From Macrostomum lignano (Eukaryota), in the NCBI GenBank assembly GCA_002269645.1, contig NIVC01000424.1, forward strand, positions 62,001-126,000: a stretch of DNA of 64,000 nucleotides. Reading direction: 5' to 3'. The notes below the pieces were generated by a model, which saw nothing but the letters and a program-made list of their open reading frames with translations, searched no databases and had not been told where the DNA came from. The position numbers and the translations under genes were made by a program. The first letter of the stretch is position 1. Each line of letters starts with the position of its first letter. Shown in pieces: positions 1 to 11,057 of this stretch.

Positions 1-224
1 CTATTCTTACCTAAATATAATTCTGAATCCTATATACTAAAAAAATTGAAAATAAACTTGTACATGCATTAGTAAATCTACTGTATGCCATATAGAATTT
101 ACTTTTACTCTGAACTAAGCATGTGCAAGCAGTATATTTTTATGTAAGAAAGACATGGACGGCAGTACATTAAAAGTGTAAATTTTCTTTCGTAAAGCCT
201 ATTGTACCATGGACCTATGCGCGA

Positions 225-446
225 TCATACATTAAATCGTATAATTTTACTTTCAGCTTCAAATATGAGTATTGCCTCTAAACTATAGTCCTTCAGTTGG
301 TAAACTCCTATTGGTTCTGTCCATGCACTTCCTTCATTGGTAGCCACCACTGCCCATACATATATTATAAAACGCTGTTGACTCAATCCTTCCACAATCA
401 TTTCCACAACTCCGATTTCTAAGTTTTCCAAATAATTTTCAAACAC
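225..446 (-). other. Possible fibronectin type III-like exon remnant, antisense and directly upstream of lectin copy 1
   Basis: ORF contains GLSQQRFIIYVWAVVATNEGSAWTEP, resembling the FN3 C-terminal pattern GL..(T).Y.V.V.A.N..G.(S/G).W(S/T).P; no confirmed splice partners in the window. Confidence 0.25.
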
Positions 447-451
447 CGACT

Positions 452-1217
452 ATGTCTGCTTTGAAATATCTTAACTTTGCATGCACTTTTCTAGCACTAG
501 CGTCGCTCACACAGTCGGAACTGAGCTGCAACTCCAAGTTCCACCCCATCACTGGCTACCTGTGCATTCGCCGTGAGTTCGTCCGCACCATCGGCACCTG
601 CACCAATCATGCCGGCTGCTCAATGCTGTGCGCCACAGACCGCCGCTGTCAGGCGTTCAGCCTGGCTGACGGTCCGTGCCAGCTGTTCGTGTTCGACAAG
701 TGCAGCAAGTCGGTGAGGAACTGCGGCTGCTCCAGGAGAGGCCGCGTGTTTGTGAAGCAGCAGCCGGGACTCGAGGCGGGCGCGCTGTGTCCGTCTGGCT
801 ACGGAGACGACCTGTGCGGAGTGAAGTACAAGCTGCTGAATCACTCTGGAACTTGGTGGCCAAGCAGAGAGAAGTGCGAGTCGGAGAGCGGTCTGGTGAT
901 CATGGCTGATGTGGTTGATGCGACCGAGATGAGCCACGTAGATGAATTGTACAAGAAGCACAGCCTCGGCAAGTCGTTCATGGCTCGGCGGCTTTCAGAC
1001 TCCGGGAAGTTCAGAGCCGGCAGGAGGCTGGCACTGGGTCGCGTGCAACATCAGCGTCGATGATGGACTCTGGGCTTCTGTTGAGCCAAACAATCGTAAC
1101 AACGTTGAAAACTGCGTTGGCCGTTATCACGTGCGCCCAGGACTGAACGACATGGAAGAGAACAGTAAACGTCCACAGGGTGTCCTTTGCGAGTGCGTGT
1201 CCCCCTTTGTCATGTAA
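452..1217 (+). pseudogene. PAN/Apple + C-type lectin gene, copy 1, with a +1 frameshift at about 980
   Basis: Signal peptide MSALKYLNFACTFLALASLTQS, PAN-like C..C..D..C.AF....C.L, CTLD start (KYKL..W..SREKCESESG). Extra A in tcgttcAtggctcggc (intact copies tcgttctggctcggc) splits the ORF into 452-1063 and 942-1217; the second part has FWLGG-equivalent, WASVEPNN, ENC, GLND, LCEC. Confidence 0.85.
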
Positions 1218-1405
1218 TTCGATCAACGTACATTGCCTAAATATACATGTACGTAGTATTTTTCTCGGTGACTTTAAATGGTCATCTCTAGACAGGTCCG
1301 GAAGACCTCCCTGACCGGCCCCGCGCCTCTCATGCGGGCTTCTCAGAGATTAGCGGAATGGGCGACGCTCGCCTCCCCGCTGCCTCTTCAGATCGCCCTG
1401 CAGCT

Positions 1406-1497
1406 CTCACGAGCACCCAGGACTGAGGGACTTCAAAGAGAACAGTAAACTTCCACGGGGTGTCCTTTGTGAATGCGTGTCCCCTTTCGTCATATAG
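1406..1497 (+). pseudogene. Isolated extra copy of the last ~30 codons of the lectin gene
   Basis: cacgagcacccaggactgagggacttcaaagagaacagtaaacttccacggggtgtcctttgtgaatgcgtgtcccctttcgtcatatag = HEHPGLRDFKENSKLPRGVLCECVSPFVI*, paralogous to 1128-1217 HVRPGLNDMEENSKRPQGVLCECVSPFVM*. Confidence 0.85.
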
Positions 1498-2361
1498 TTG
1501 TTAATCAACGTACGTACAACGTACAATACTGCTCTCACGCGACCCTAACTCAATATTCTAACTACATGCACACGAACCTGCTGCAGCCATCCAATAAATA
1601 AGCAATTTTCTACATGAAGTAGATTTGATGGAATACTTTACCAACCACACGGCACGACACGGATATTATAAAATGTATGCATAGAATTATTTTAAACAAA
1701 ATAAAAAACTCTAATAATCCACTTTGGAATCGAAATACGAAATTCTGCTTTTTAAAGAAGCATCGTGAATGCCTGTTCCTGAGAATGTGTTTTGGCGTTG
1801 CCTTGCTTATACATATATTTACTCACGCATGACGAATTAAACAAGTCAGCTTGTTTGCACCATGCGACTGGCTTACCCATTAACAGGTAGTCTACGTTAA
1901 GTTTTTTATAGAAAAGTCCATTAGCCATTAATTCATCGAAAAGCTGCATCGAAACTCTTGATGGTTGTATTCAACTGACTCCCGTTTTACAAAATGACTT
2001 TTGTAGACGAGGCATGAAATCAAACAGGAATACAGGCAAATAGACTCTACTGAGCCACTGCAGCTTATTTCTGATATACGAGCGTATTGACTCCATGGGA
2101 GGAACCAGTAGGAAAAGGAGAGCTTGCATATTATATGGTTTATGCATCCGTGACTCTAGCCAAACCATGGTAGATCCACGAACTTCGAGGTCTGGGAGCT
2201 GAGAAGTGAGAAACTGGGGTTGAAACAGATGTTGGAAACAGTAGAAAACATGTCTCACCTAATATAGTTACCAAGAGGGAATTTTCGTACAATGCCTGCA
2301 TAAATTCACATGTAATTTTGGAACTGTAAAATATGAATAGTAAAACGACATTTCGAAAATT

Positions 2362-4647
2362 TCAAAGCTGGATTAAATCTCGAAAGATGACAGGTACTCG
2401 AAAAGGACACTTCGTAACGAAGTGATATCCTCTATGAAGTCGCTCAGCTCTGCGTGCTTGTGTGTGCGATAGCCTTAGTGAATCGGTGGACCCAGGAACG
2501 GAAAAGGTAGTCTCTGGGAACGAGCAGACCTCTCTGGGTTGGATCCAGAGCGCCAAGAGGGTCAGGTCGGTCGGCATGGCTCTAAGGTTGAAGATATGCG
2601 TGACGGTCTCATCGTCCCGGCCGTATTTGCGGCACAGAGGTTGGGAACGACGGGTCGATTTTGGCTTGATAAGTGGCGAGCAGTTTGCAGTGTCCAGAGC
2701 GCAGCTGGGCGAGGGTGGTGCGCTGACGATTACAAAGGAGGCATTCGGAGGTGGTGATGTCCGGCGCACGTGTGCCGAGAACCGGGTTGGGCGGCTGATT
2801 GATGAGGAACTCGTCGCCCACTTGACGTTATGGATCGCCAAGTGGGCGAGGCGGAGAGAGGCGAGATCAGTGATGGAAGCAGGATGAAAACGGATGCGAG
2901 CGAAGATGGCGTGGCCGACGATACGGAGGTTGCAGTGGATGGAGCGACGTGGCTGAGGGTCTTGGAAGAGCTGGTGATTAGGATGCCAGGGTGCCAAGTA
3001 GGAGGCCCAGAACTGAGACCCAAGAAGCTCAGAGTGCGCTTTGACCGGGAGCACGGCACATTCGGAGTGAAGGTGCTCAACTTGAGTGCAGCTGTGACAC
3101 CCGGCGCAGTAATTAAGTAGAGACCTGCAGATGGCTTTGAAAGACACGCTGAGTGTTTCTTTATCTTGGCCCCATTGCGTGCCACAAAGAGCACGGAGGA
3201 TGGTGGTATTCGCGCGGACTTTGTTGCTGGTCAGCTTAGCGTGCTCATGACAACGAAGAAAGGGTCGAATGTGACTCCAAGGATCTTCGGGTTGAAGCAG
3301 TAGGGCAAAGGCGAGCCACGCAGAAAAATCGGCGGAGACGAGCGGAATTCATGAGTGGTGCTGGTAAAGATGGTGACAGTGGATTTGCCCGGTGAGAGAG
3401 GAAGACTTTTGGATTCGAGATAGCGGCTGAGCTGATCGAGGTACGGTTGAATGAGCTCAGGGAGTTTATGGACAAACGGGCCGCGAGCACAGATGGAGAT
3501 ACCATCGGGATACTGCTTGATGTGCAGGCTTGGCGCCGGACGCGGAAGGTCAGACATATAGGAAGCAAACAGAAGGGGACTACTCGTAAAACTCCGACGT
3601 GCAGCGGGCGGGATTTAAAGAGAATCGAGCGATATTCCATTCTAGCGGAGCGACTCTTAAGATGAGCATGCAGCCAGCGAACCAGTGCGCGCGGCAGAGA
3701 CAACTCAAGCAAAATCTCGCAGAGCTTGGTATAATCAGCCTTTTCGAACGCTTTTTGAAGATCGAGAGCGACAAGAAGACTGCGGAGAGCTGGCTTCTGC
3801 GCGTTGAGGCCATCGCTGATGAAGGTGGTCAGGCTGAGCAGAGCCGTGGTGGTGGAATGACCCGCGCGGAAACCATGTTGCCACCTAGGCAAGGCAAAGG
3901 AGGCTTGGAAAGTGGGGAGGGGCGCTTTCTCCAGAATTTTCATGGCGGGCGAGAGGATGGCGATCGGGCGATAGGAGCCACCGAGCGAGGGGTCTTTGCC
4001 GGCTTTAGGCAGAGGGACGACTTTAGCAGAAGTCCAGTCTGATGGGAAAGTGCTGGTGCTGACGTTGCAGCAGTTGCATTTGACGGATGCTTCGGATCTT
4101 TTAATGTTGACAGAACAAAGCACAGGGCCAAGGGCCTGGATTCGGCTCGATGCCAGTCCTAAGGAGAAGCTTGCGGATCAGTCCGGCTGGCAACGACTGG
4201 TCCATAGCCGAAAAAACGAGACTTGACGGCTCCGATATGGGCCCAGTTAATCAGAATTCCGATAGTCTGAGGAAAGGCGTCTTGAGTTTTCAAGGTTTGT
4301 TGCGATTGTTTGGCTCAATTCAGAAGCCCAGAGCTCAGAATCGACGCGGCTGTTGCACGCGAACCAGCGCCAGCCTCCTACTGGCTCCGAACTTCCTGGA
4401 GCCTAAAAGACTTCACTCCGCACAGGTCGTCTCCGTAGCCAGACGGACACAGCGCGCCCGCCTCGAGTCCCGGCTGCTGCTTCACAAACACCCGGCCTCT
4501 CCTGGAGCAGCCGCAGTTGCTCACCGACTTGCTGCACTTGTCGAACACGAACAGCTGGCACGGACCGTCAGCCAGGCTGAACGCCTGACAGCGCCGGTCT
4601 CTGGCGCACAGCATTGAGCAGCCGGCATAATTGGAGCAGGTGCCGAT
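2362..4647 (-). pseudogene. PAN/Apple + C-type lectin copy 2: 5'-truncated, internally deleted, interrupted by a LINE fragment
   Basis: 4647-4285 (minus) matches the PAN core and part of the CTLD with a ~170-bp deletion at about 4410; the 3' remnant (ctgagcgacttcatagaggatatcacttcgttacgaagt) lies at about 2463-2362 and its 3' flank matches that of copy 4 (8090-8240). Confidence 0.8.
2464..4284 (-). mobile_element. Degenerate non-LTR retrotransposon (LINE, I/Jockey-group-like) RT and C-terminal fragment
   Basis: ORF pieces with KVVPLPKAGKDP..SYRPIAILSPAMKILEK, QHGFRAGHSTTTAL, LVALDLQKAF, PGKSTVTIFT, NPKILGVTFDP, TLAQLRSGHC..ETVTHIF; several frameshifts; no tail or TSD seen. Confidence 0.9.
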
Positions 4648-4654
4648 TCCCTAT

Positions 4655-5386
4655 CTGACTCAAGGAATTACCTGACATGCCTTCTTTAATGTATAATACA
4701 CCTGTAGGGTACGCCTCCACTCAAATTTAGCGTCAAAGATATTTTTCTTGTGACCGGACACAAGCATATAAAAAAAGTATAAGTGCATGGCCACCTTGGA
4801 ATGCAGCGAGATTTTTTTATACCATGCGGGGGTAGCGGTGCAGTGCTTTGAGTGCTTTGAGGGATCAGATTTGCAGATTCTAACCTTCCACCACTCACAT
4901 TAACTAATGTAATTCATGCCTATATAAATACTCATTATGCTACTAAAAGTAGACCACCAGGCCGATGTGTGTCTATGAAATCTGAAGCTGCGTTTGCATC
5001 GAAAGACAATCATACAATAAAAGACAATCATTGCCAGATAACAAAGGTATTATTGAAGACGAAATAAAATCACAAAGAAAACTGCCGAAAGCTGTCAATT
5101 CACTTGTGAACTTTTGTTCCTCAATTTGTGCATTACCTCAAGTAGCTACCATCAAGTCTCGATGGTATAATCTGACATCTGTGCAAGAGCTTTACCATTG
5201 GTTCAGTCATTGGCAAAGCAAGCCCCCCTTCTGCGCTAACTTTAATTCCTATAAGCAACCTGCAGGCAAGTCAGTAGCAAAAAGCATCAAGAATATCAGA
5301 AGTAAATTTCTGCATCTTTTCAATCTTACAAGTAGCCTAAAGACCCCAATTTTAGTAACTGTTTCATAAATTGTTGTTACAAGGCA
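4655..5386 (+). repeat. Upstream (promoter-containing) block of lectin copy 3, paralogous to 9620-11057 upstream of copy 5
   Basis: Collinear diverged matches, e.g. cctgacat..ctgtagggtac.cct.cactcaa; gatcagat.tgcagatt; agtagaccaccagg; gcatcgaaa.acaatcatac; gtattattgaagacgaaa; tgcaagagctttaccattgg.tcagtcatt. Confidence 0.8.
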
Positions 5387-6148
5387 ATGGTAATTATTAC
5401 CATCTATTTATGTTTCGCTTTTCTTGCACTTGTACCAGTCGAACTGTCGGAACTGAGCTGCAATTCCAAGTTCCACCCCATCACTGGCTACCTGTGCATT
5501 CGCCGTGAGTTCGTCCGCACCATCGGCACCTGCTCCAATCATGCTGGCTGCTCAATGCTGTGCGCCAGAGACCGGCGCTGTCAGGCGTTCAGCCTGGCTG
5601 ACGGTCCGTGCCAGCTGTTCGTGTTCGACAAGTGCAGCAAGTCGGTGAGGAACTGCGGCTGCTCCAGGAGAGGCCGAGTGTTTGTGAAGCAGCAGCCGGG
5701 ACTCGAGGCGGGCGCGCTGTGTCCGTCTGGCTACGGAGACGACCTGTGCGGAGTGAAGTACAAGCTGCTGAATCACTCTGGAACTTGGTGGCCGAGCAGA
5801 GAGAAGTGCGAGTCGGAGAGCGGTCTGGTGATCATGGCTGATGTGATTGACGCAATTGAGATGGGCCACGTTGACGATTTGTACAAGAAGCACAGCCTTG
5901 GCAAGTCGTTCTGGCTCGGCGGCTTTCAGACTCCGGGAAGTTCAGAGCCGGCAGGAGGCTGGCACTGGGTCGCGTGCAACAGCAGCGTCGATACTGGACT
6001 CTGGGCCTCTGTTGAGCCAAACAATTATAAGAACATTGAAAACTGCATTGGTCGTTATCACTTGCAGCCAGGACTGAACGACTTCGAAGAGAACAGTGAA
6101 CATCCACGGCGTGTCCTTTGCGAATGCGTGTCCCCTTTCGTCCTGTAG
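5387..6148 (+). CDS. Secreted PAN/Apple + C-type lectin protein, copy 3 (intact, single exon, 253 aa)
   Basis: Hydrophobic signal peptide, PAN-like cysteine pattern, CTLD with FWLGG, WHW, WASVEPNN (EPN motif), ENC, GLND, VLCEC; uninterrupted ORF. Confidence 0.9.
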   Translation: MVIITIYLCFAFLALVPVELSELSCNSKFHPITGYLCIRREFVRTIGTCSNHAGCSMLCARDRRCQAFSLADGPCQLFVFDKCSKSVRNCGCSRRGRVFVKQQPGLEAGALCPSGYGDDLCGVKYKLLNHSGTWWPSREKCESESGLVIMADVIDAIEMGHVDDLYKKHSLGKSFWLGGFQTPGSSEPAGGWHWVACNSSVDTGLWASVEPNNYKNIENCIGRYHLQPGLNDFEENSEHPRRVLCECVSPFVL

Positions 6149-6279
6149 ATCGATCAACAGACATGACTTAATGTATACATACTCTTATTTTTCTCGGTGA
6201 TTCTAACTGGTTATTCTATCTATATCTATAGGATATAGAATATATATAAACAGGGATATATATATATATATATATCCGC

Positions 6280-6730
6280 CCCCTGCTCCTGCCCGCCATC
6301 AATAAATAAGATACTTGCAATATAAAACAGATTTGATGGAATATTTTAGTAACCACACGGCACGACACCGATACTTCAAAATGTAATTGAATTCCAAAGA
6401 ATTGTTTAAATTATTATGACTGCTGCAGTAAATTTTCCTCTGGAATCGTATGGAAAGAGTCTAGCAAAAATGAAATGGGAAATTCTGCTATTTGGTGATG
6501 CCGTCGTCACTTTCTGTTCATGAGAGTACGTTTTAGCATTTTGTATGGCCTTTACATGTATGTAACTCACGCCAGTCAGCCTGTTTACATACATGTATCC
6601 ATAGCTCACCGAAAAGCTGCGTCGAACTTCTGCTGGTTTAATACTTTCTCATTCGACGCACTCCCGTACGGAAGTCAAATATGAGAATAGGACGAGGCAT
6701 GAAGGTAAACAGGGAAACGGGCAAATAAAA
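6280..6730 (+). repeat. Downstream block of lectin copy 3, paralogous to about 1575-2050 downstream of copy 1
   Basis: Shared gccatc.aataaataag, agatttgatggaata.ttta..aaccacacggcacgacac.gata, cgaaaagctgc.tcgaa, gacgaggcatgaa. Confidence 0.75.
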
Positions 6731-6766
6731 CTCTGCTAGGCTAGACAATAAGTTCTGTGGCTTAAT

Positions 6767-7227
6767 CACAGATACTAGAATAAGTAGATGGGCCACTCAG
6801 CACATTTGCGTGTAAACTACTTTCAGTTCAGTAGTAAGTTAAACCGAAGCATTTTAATGCATTTTTAAAGCCAAGGCTCCTTTATTGGCTCTTACCCCCC
6901 GTTTAAACGCTCCAAGCGCGCCTTTCCACACTACCCCCGCCCTGCCCCGCCCTGCCCGCCCCAATTTTTATTGCCTTTCTCGGAATTCCAGCCTAAAGCT
7001 ACTATGTACATTTCAGTGGACTGGCCAGTGTACATTATTGCTGAACCAATTAGCAAGTTTGTTTACGCCTGCAAGCTTGGGCTTCTAAACTTATCAAAGT
7101 CATTTCAGCCGCCTTTATTTTTATTAAATAGCTTATGTATTCTTCTTTGCTACTGAACTGAAAGTAGAAAGCTGTTTTGCTAAGTATAAATGCCTGAGTG
7201 GCCCATCTACTTATTCTAGTACCTGTG
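6767..7227 (+). mobile_element. hAT-like MITE (461 bp), family A
   Basis: ~33-bp TIR cacagatactagaataagtagatgggccactca / tgagtggcccatctacttattctagtacctgtg; perfect 8-bp TSD GGCTTAAT (6759-6766, 7228-7235); second copy at 40134-40593. Confidence 0.92.
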
Positions 7228-8166
7228 GGCTTAATCAAGATTTATTGACACTCTAGGAAGAAACTATGGAAAACTCAGAGCTTACGTGTAAGAATATTTA
7301 GGTTAGTGCACCCGAGAATCTAGCAAAATGCAATTACAATGTAGCTACCCAACCGATCGCAGACCATTTATTTTATCTTTAATTTTTAACACAACTGTTC
7401 AACTACTGTAGCTCACAAACAAGAATTCAATGCCGTTTTGTATTGTATGTAGGAATGTAGGAATCTGCAGTAGACTAAGCTAAAAGTACATGTATAACAG
7501 TATACGACGTAAGTAGTATTTCTAATTACGAATATACATTGGAACTCTCATGCAGATTTTCATGAAAGTACGAGCACTAGCTCCTTTTTTCTGCTCACCG
7601 CTGATTTTATGTAGTACTACAACCAAATAGTATTAAACCTGGAATATATACTACTGATAGTATTAGAGTGGCAGAAGAGTACTATAATTAGTAAAATAGA
7701 AATGAAAGCGTTGTGTCCAAACTTGATTCACAGCGTTGGTAAATAAAAAAATTGAAGATTACTTTTATAACTTTAATATATTATATTCATTTTCACGTGA
7801 ACTCCTTCTCTATCTAGAGTCATTGCCTTGACGTGCACGTTTTGCTTATTTATACTTGGCTTGTAGCTACGTTAATGAAGTACAGCACAAGCATGTGAAA
7901 TAGATGGCGAATGGATGTCTTTAATTGCTTTCTATCATTATTAATTGCAATATAAGCCATGCCCAATCTTAGACCTACGAACTGCAAAGTTTTAGGAGCT
8001 GATAAGTGAGAAACAGATGCTTGAAAAAGGAGAAAATATCCCTCGCCTAAAAGAAATAGTTAGCTGACAAGAGGGAATTATCATAAAAAGACTGCATACA
8101 TGTACAAACACATGCAGTTCTAGAACCATGAAATAGTAACAACATATTGAAAATTTATAATCTGGG

Positions 8167-8855
8167 TCAAAACTCGAAAGGCAACACGCACTCGCAAATA
8201 CTTCGTAGCGCAGTGATATCCTCTTTGAAGTCACTCTGTCATGGGCGCTCGTGATAACGACCAACGCAGTTTTCAAGGTTGTTACGATTGTTTGGCTCAG
8301 CACAGGCCCAGAGCCCAGCAACGACGCTGATGTTGCACGCGACCCAGTGCCAGCCTCCTGCCGGCTCTGAACTTCCCGGAGTCTGAAAGCCGCCGAGCCA
8401 TGAACGACTTGCCGAGGCTGTGCTTCTTGTACAATTCATCTACGTGGCTCATCTCGGTCGCATCAACCACATCAGCCATGATCACCAGACCGCTCTCCGA
8501 CTCGCACTTCTCTCTGCTTGGCCACCAAGTTCCAGAGTGATTCAGCAGCTTGTACTTCACTCCGCACAGGTCGTCTCCGTAGCCAGACGGACACAGCGCG
8601 CCCGCCTCGAGTCCCGGCTGCTGCTTCACAAACACGCGGCCTCTCCTGGAGCAGCCGCAGTTCCTCACCGACTTGCTGCACTTGTCGAACACGAACAGCT
8701 GGCACGGACCGTCAGCCAGGCTGAACGCCTGACAGCGCCGGTCTGTGGCGCACAGCATTGAGCAGCCGGCATGATTGGTGCAGGTGCCGATGGTGCGGAC
8801 GAACTCACGGCGAATGCACAGGTAGCCAGTGATGGGGTGAAACATAGAGTTGCAT
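8167..8855 (-). pseudogene. PAN/Apple + C-type lectin copy 4 (inverted): no signal peptide, same frameshift as copy 1, premature TGA
   Basis: Homology starts at tgcaactctatgtttcacccc (about 8855); extra base at 8401 identical to copy 1; CCA TGA at 8241-8239 where intact copies have CCA GGA; remnant continues QSDFKEDITALRSICECVLPFEF* to 8167. Confidence 0.85.
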
Positions 8856-10231
8856 CTCTTTGAGTAGTTTCTCCCTCCAAAGCCTGGCTCCCTTATTCTT
8901 TGGACATTGTTTCGAAACTGAATTGAGTCTTTCAAAATCCTTCTCACAGGCAACTGTAGTTGCCAATGGAAGTTTTTCGGTCAATCAGAGAGTCGGAGCC
9001 AATAGGGAAGCTCTTTCGAGAGTGTCCAAAGAATCGCAGGTGACTTTCATCGGAACCTTTGAAATCTGTCGCTGACATCCTTGCTTGTTTTTGAAGGTCC
9101 ATGTTGGACTAACCAGTTAGAATATTTTAGTGAGTGCAAATGACTGTCTTTTGATCAGCCATGCTTAACTATTAGCGTACTTAAGTTAGTGAAAAGTTAA
9201 TACAATGACATCTTGAACAATATTCACTAGAATAATTTGTGCAAATTTTCCACAAAAGACATTTTAGTGTTTTTGACTAATAGATTATTTAATTATTTTG
9301 ATGTTAATTCTTTAGGCAACTGCCGTAGCGTCGTAATCTGCGTGTAACTTGCATGTATGACAGCTGCTTTATGAGAAAACATAACTAAAATCGCTTATGA
9401 CGAAATGCTTCTAATGAAAACTGTAAACTGAGTGATTTTGAGAAATTGAGCTATTCTCGTAGCAATTTGAATACAATATGGCATGCAATTTGATAGATAT
9501 TTTCTTGTCAATGCACCTCAACTGAAACTCAACAAGAAAAATAGTCAAATTAGCAGTTGAAGAACCCCAGCCTCTGAGATGAGATGATACCTTTTTGCTG
9601 GTTCAGCCTGTTCCCTATTTGACTTAAGGAAATCACCTGACATTAATACCTTATATGTAATGCATCTGTAGGGTACACCTGCACTCAACTATTGCGTCAA
9701 CAATATTTTTACTACGCTCGGATGACCGAACAGTCAGGTACCCGGGTGGCGCATAAGTAACTATGTAATACAAATAGTTACTCAGGCGCTAACCGGGGTA
9801 TAAATGGCTACCTTCGAATACAATGTGATCCTCGTTTATAGGTGAATAGCGTTGCTTTGAGTGGGTATCAGATCTGCAGATTCGGACCTTGCAACACTCA
9901 CAATAATTCACGCCATTCATTAAGAATCACGCCAGGTGAAGGTGCATCACACGCGTTCACTGTCATGGCAAATCGAGCTGGTTGGTGCAGTCGAAGCGAG
10001 TTCTAAAAGACTTCTCAGTTTCCAGATTGTGATTTCAGCGATTGCTTGTTTGCTATTGGACGGGGATTGACAGGGCCATTAAAGTCTAGCTTTGGTTTCA
10101 ACGAAGCCAGAAATCCTAGAAAATTTAAAATTCTTATTTTCATCCTAACGAAATTTTATGGGCGTTTTGCACCTCATTTTCTAACACCTACGCTTAGCAA
10201 TATAATAAAAATTTCTCATAGGTTACTAACA

Positions 10232-10595
10232 AGGGAGGCCGTAGCCCAGCGGTAGCGCAGCTGCTCTGGTGTGCCAGCGACCCAGGCTCGATTCCAAGTG
10301 CAGTCACATTAATTTGGGGCTGAATTGGAATCTCGGCTTGGCTCTGCTCGTGCAATTAACGGCCTTGAGAGCCAACCCCCCCCAAGGCGCAGTGAAGTGT
10401 ACATGCCTAACGATAAATAAAGTTAGGGCCGCTGTACACTCCTGTGTGAGTGTGTGCCTGCGTACGTATCCGCGCGCTTGTTTGCCTGCTCAGGGGAGTC
10501 GGCGGAATGGGCAGTAATGCCTCTCGCCGGTTGTGTGCCTATGTCGCTTAAAGTGCGCCAGGGTGCACACAACCCCCCTGCCTCTAATAAAAAAA
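10232..10595 (+). mobile_element. tRNA-derived SINE, full length
   Basis: Pol III box A (tagcccagcggtag) and box B (ggctcgattcc), A-rich tail aataaaaaaaa, 14-bp TSD ataggttactaaca (10218-10231, 10596-10609); the paralogous site near 4940 is empty; related copies at 40103-40920 and 48047-48237. Confidence 0.9.
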
Positions 10596-11057
10596 ATAGG
10601 TTACTAACAGTAGACCACCAGGTTCGTTGGCCGTATATGAAGTTTCAAACTGCATTTGCATCGAAATACAATCATACGGAATTGCCAGGTAACAAAGCTG
10701 GTATTATTGAAGACGAAAAAATCACAAAGAAAACTGCTAAAAGCTGTCAATCCACCTGTGAACTTTGAACGGGCATGTCAAAGCTTCCTTTGTTGCTACG
10801 CAAAGCAGCTACCAATCAAAAAACAAGTCGGACATCAATTGGATAGTCTGACATTTCTGCAAGAGCTTTACCATTGGCTCAGTCATTCATGGCGATGCCA
10901 GACTCCTTTCTTCGCTACTCGCTAACTGGATATCCTATAAGAAAAAAAGCTAGACGCATAAAAACACCAGAAGCCAGTTTTTGCATTATTTCAATCTACA
11001 TGGAGGCAAAAAAGAACCCTAATTTTACTAACTGTCCCATAATTGCTCGCAGAAGCA

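Noticed and set aside
620-961. Antisense ORFs over the lectin, LRR, GPT and phosphatase genes
   Set aside because: Shadow ORFs of GC-rich coding sequence.
10232-10310. tRNA gene
   Set aside because: Has A and B boxes but no complete cloverleaf; continues into a SINE body with A-tail and TSD, and has dispersed copies.
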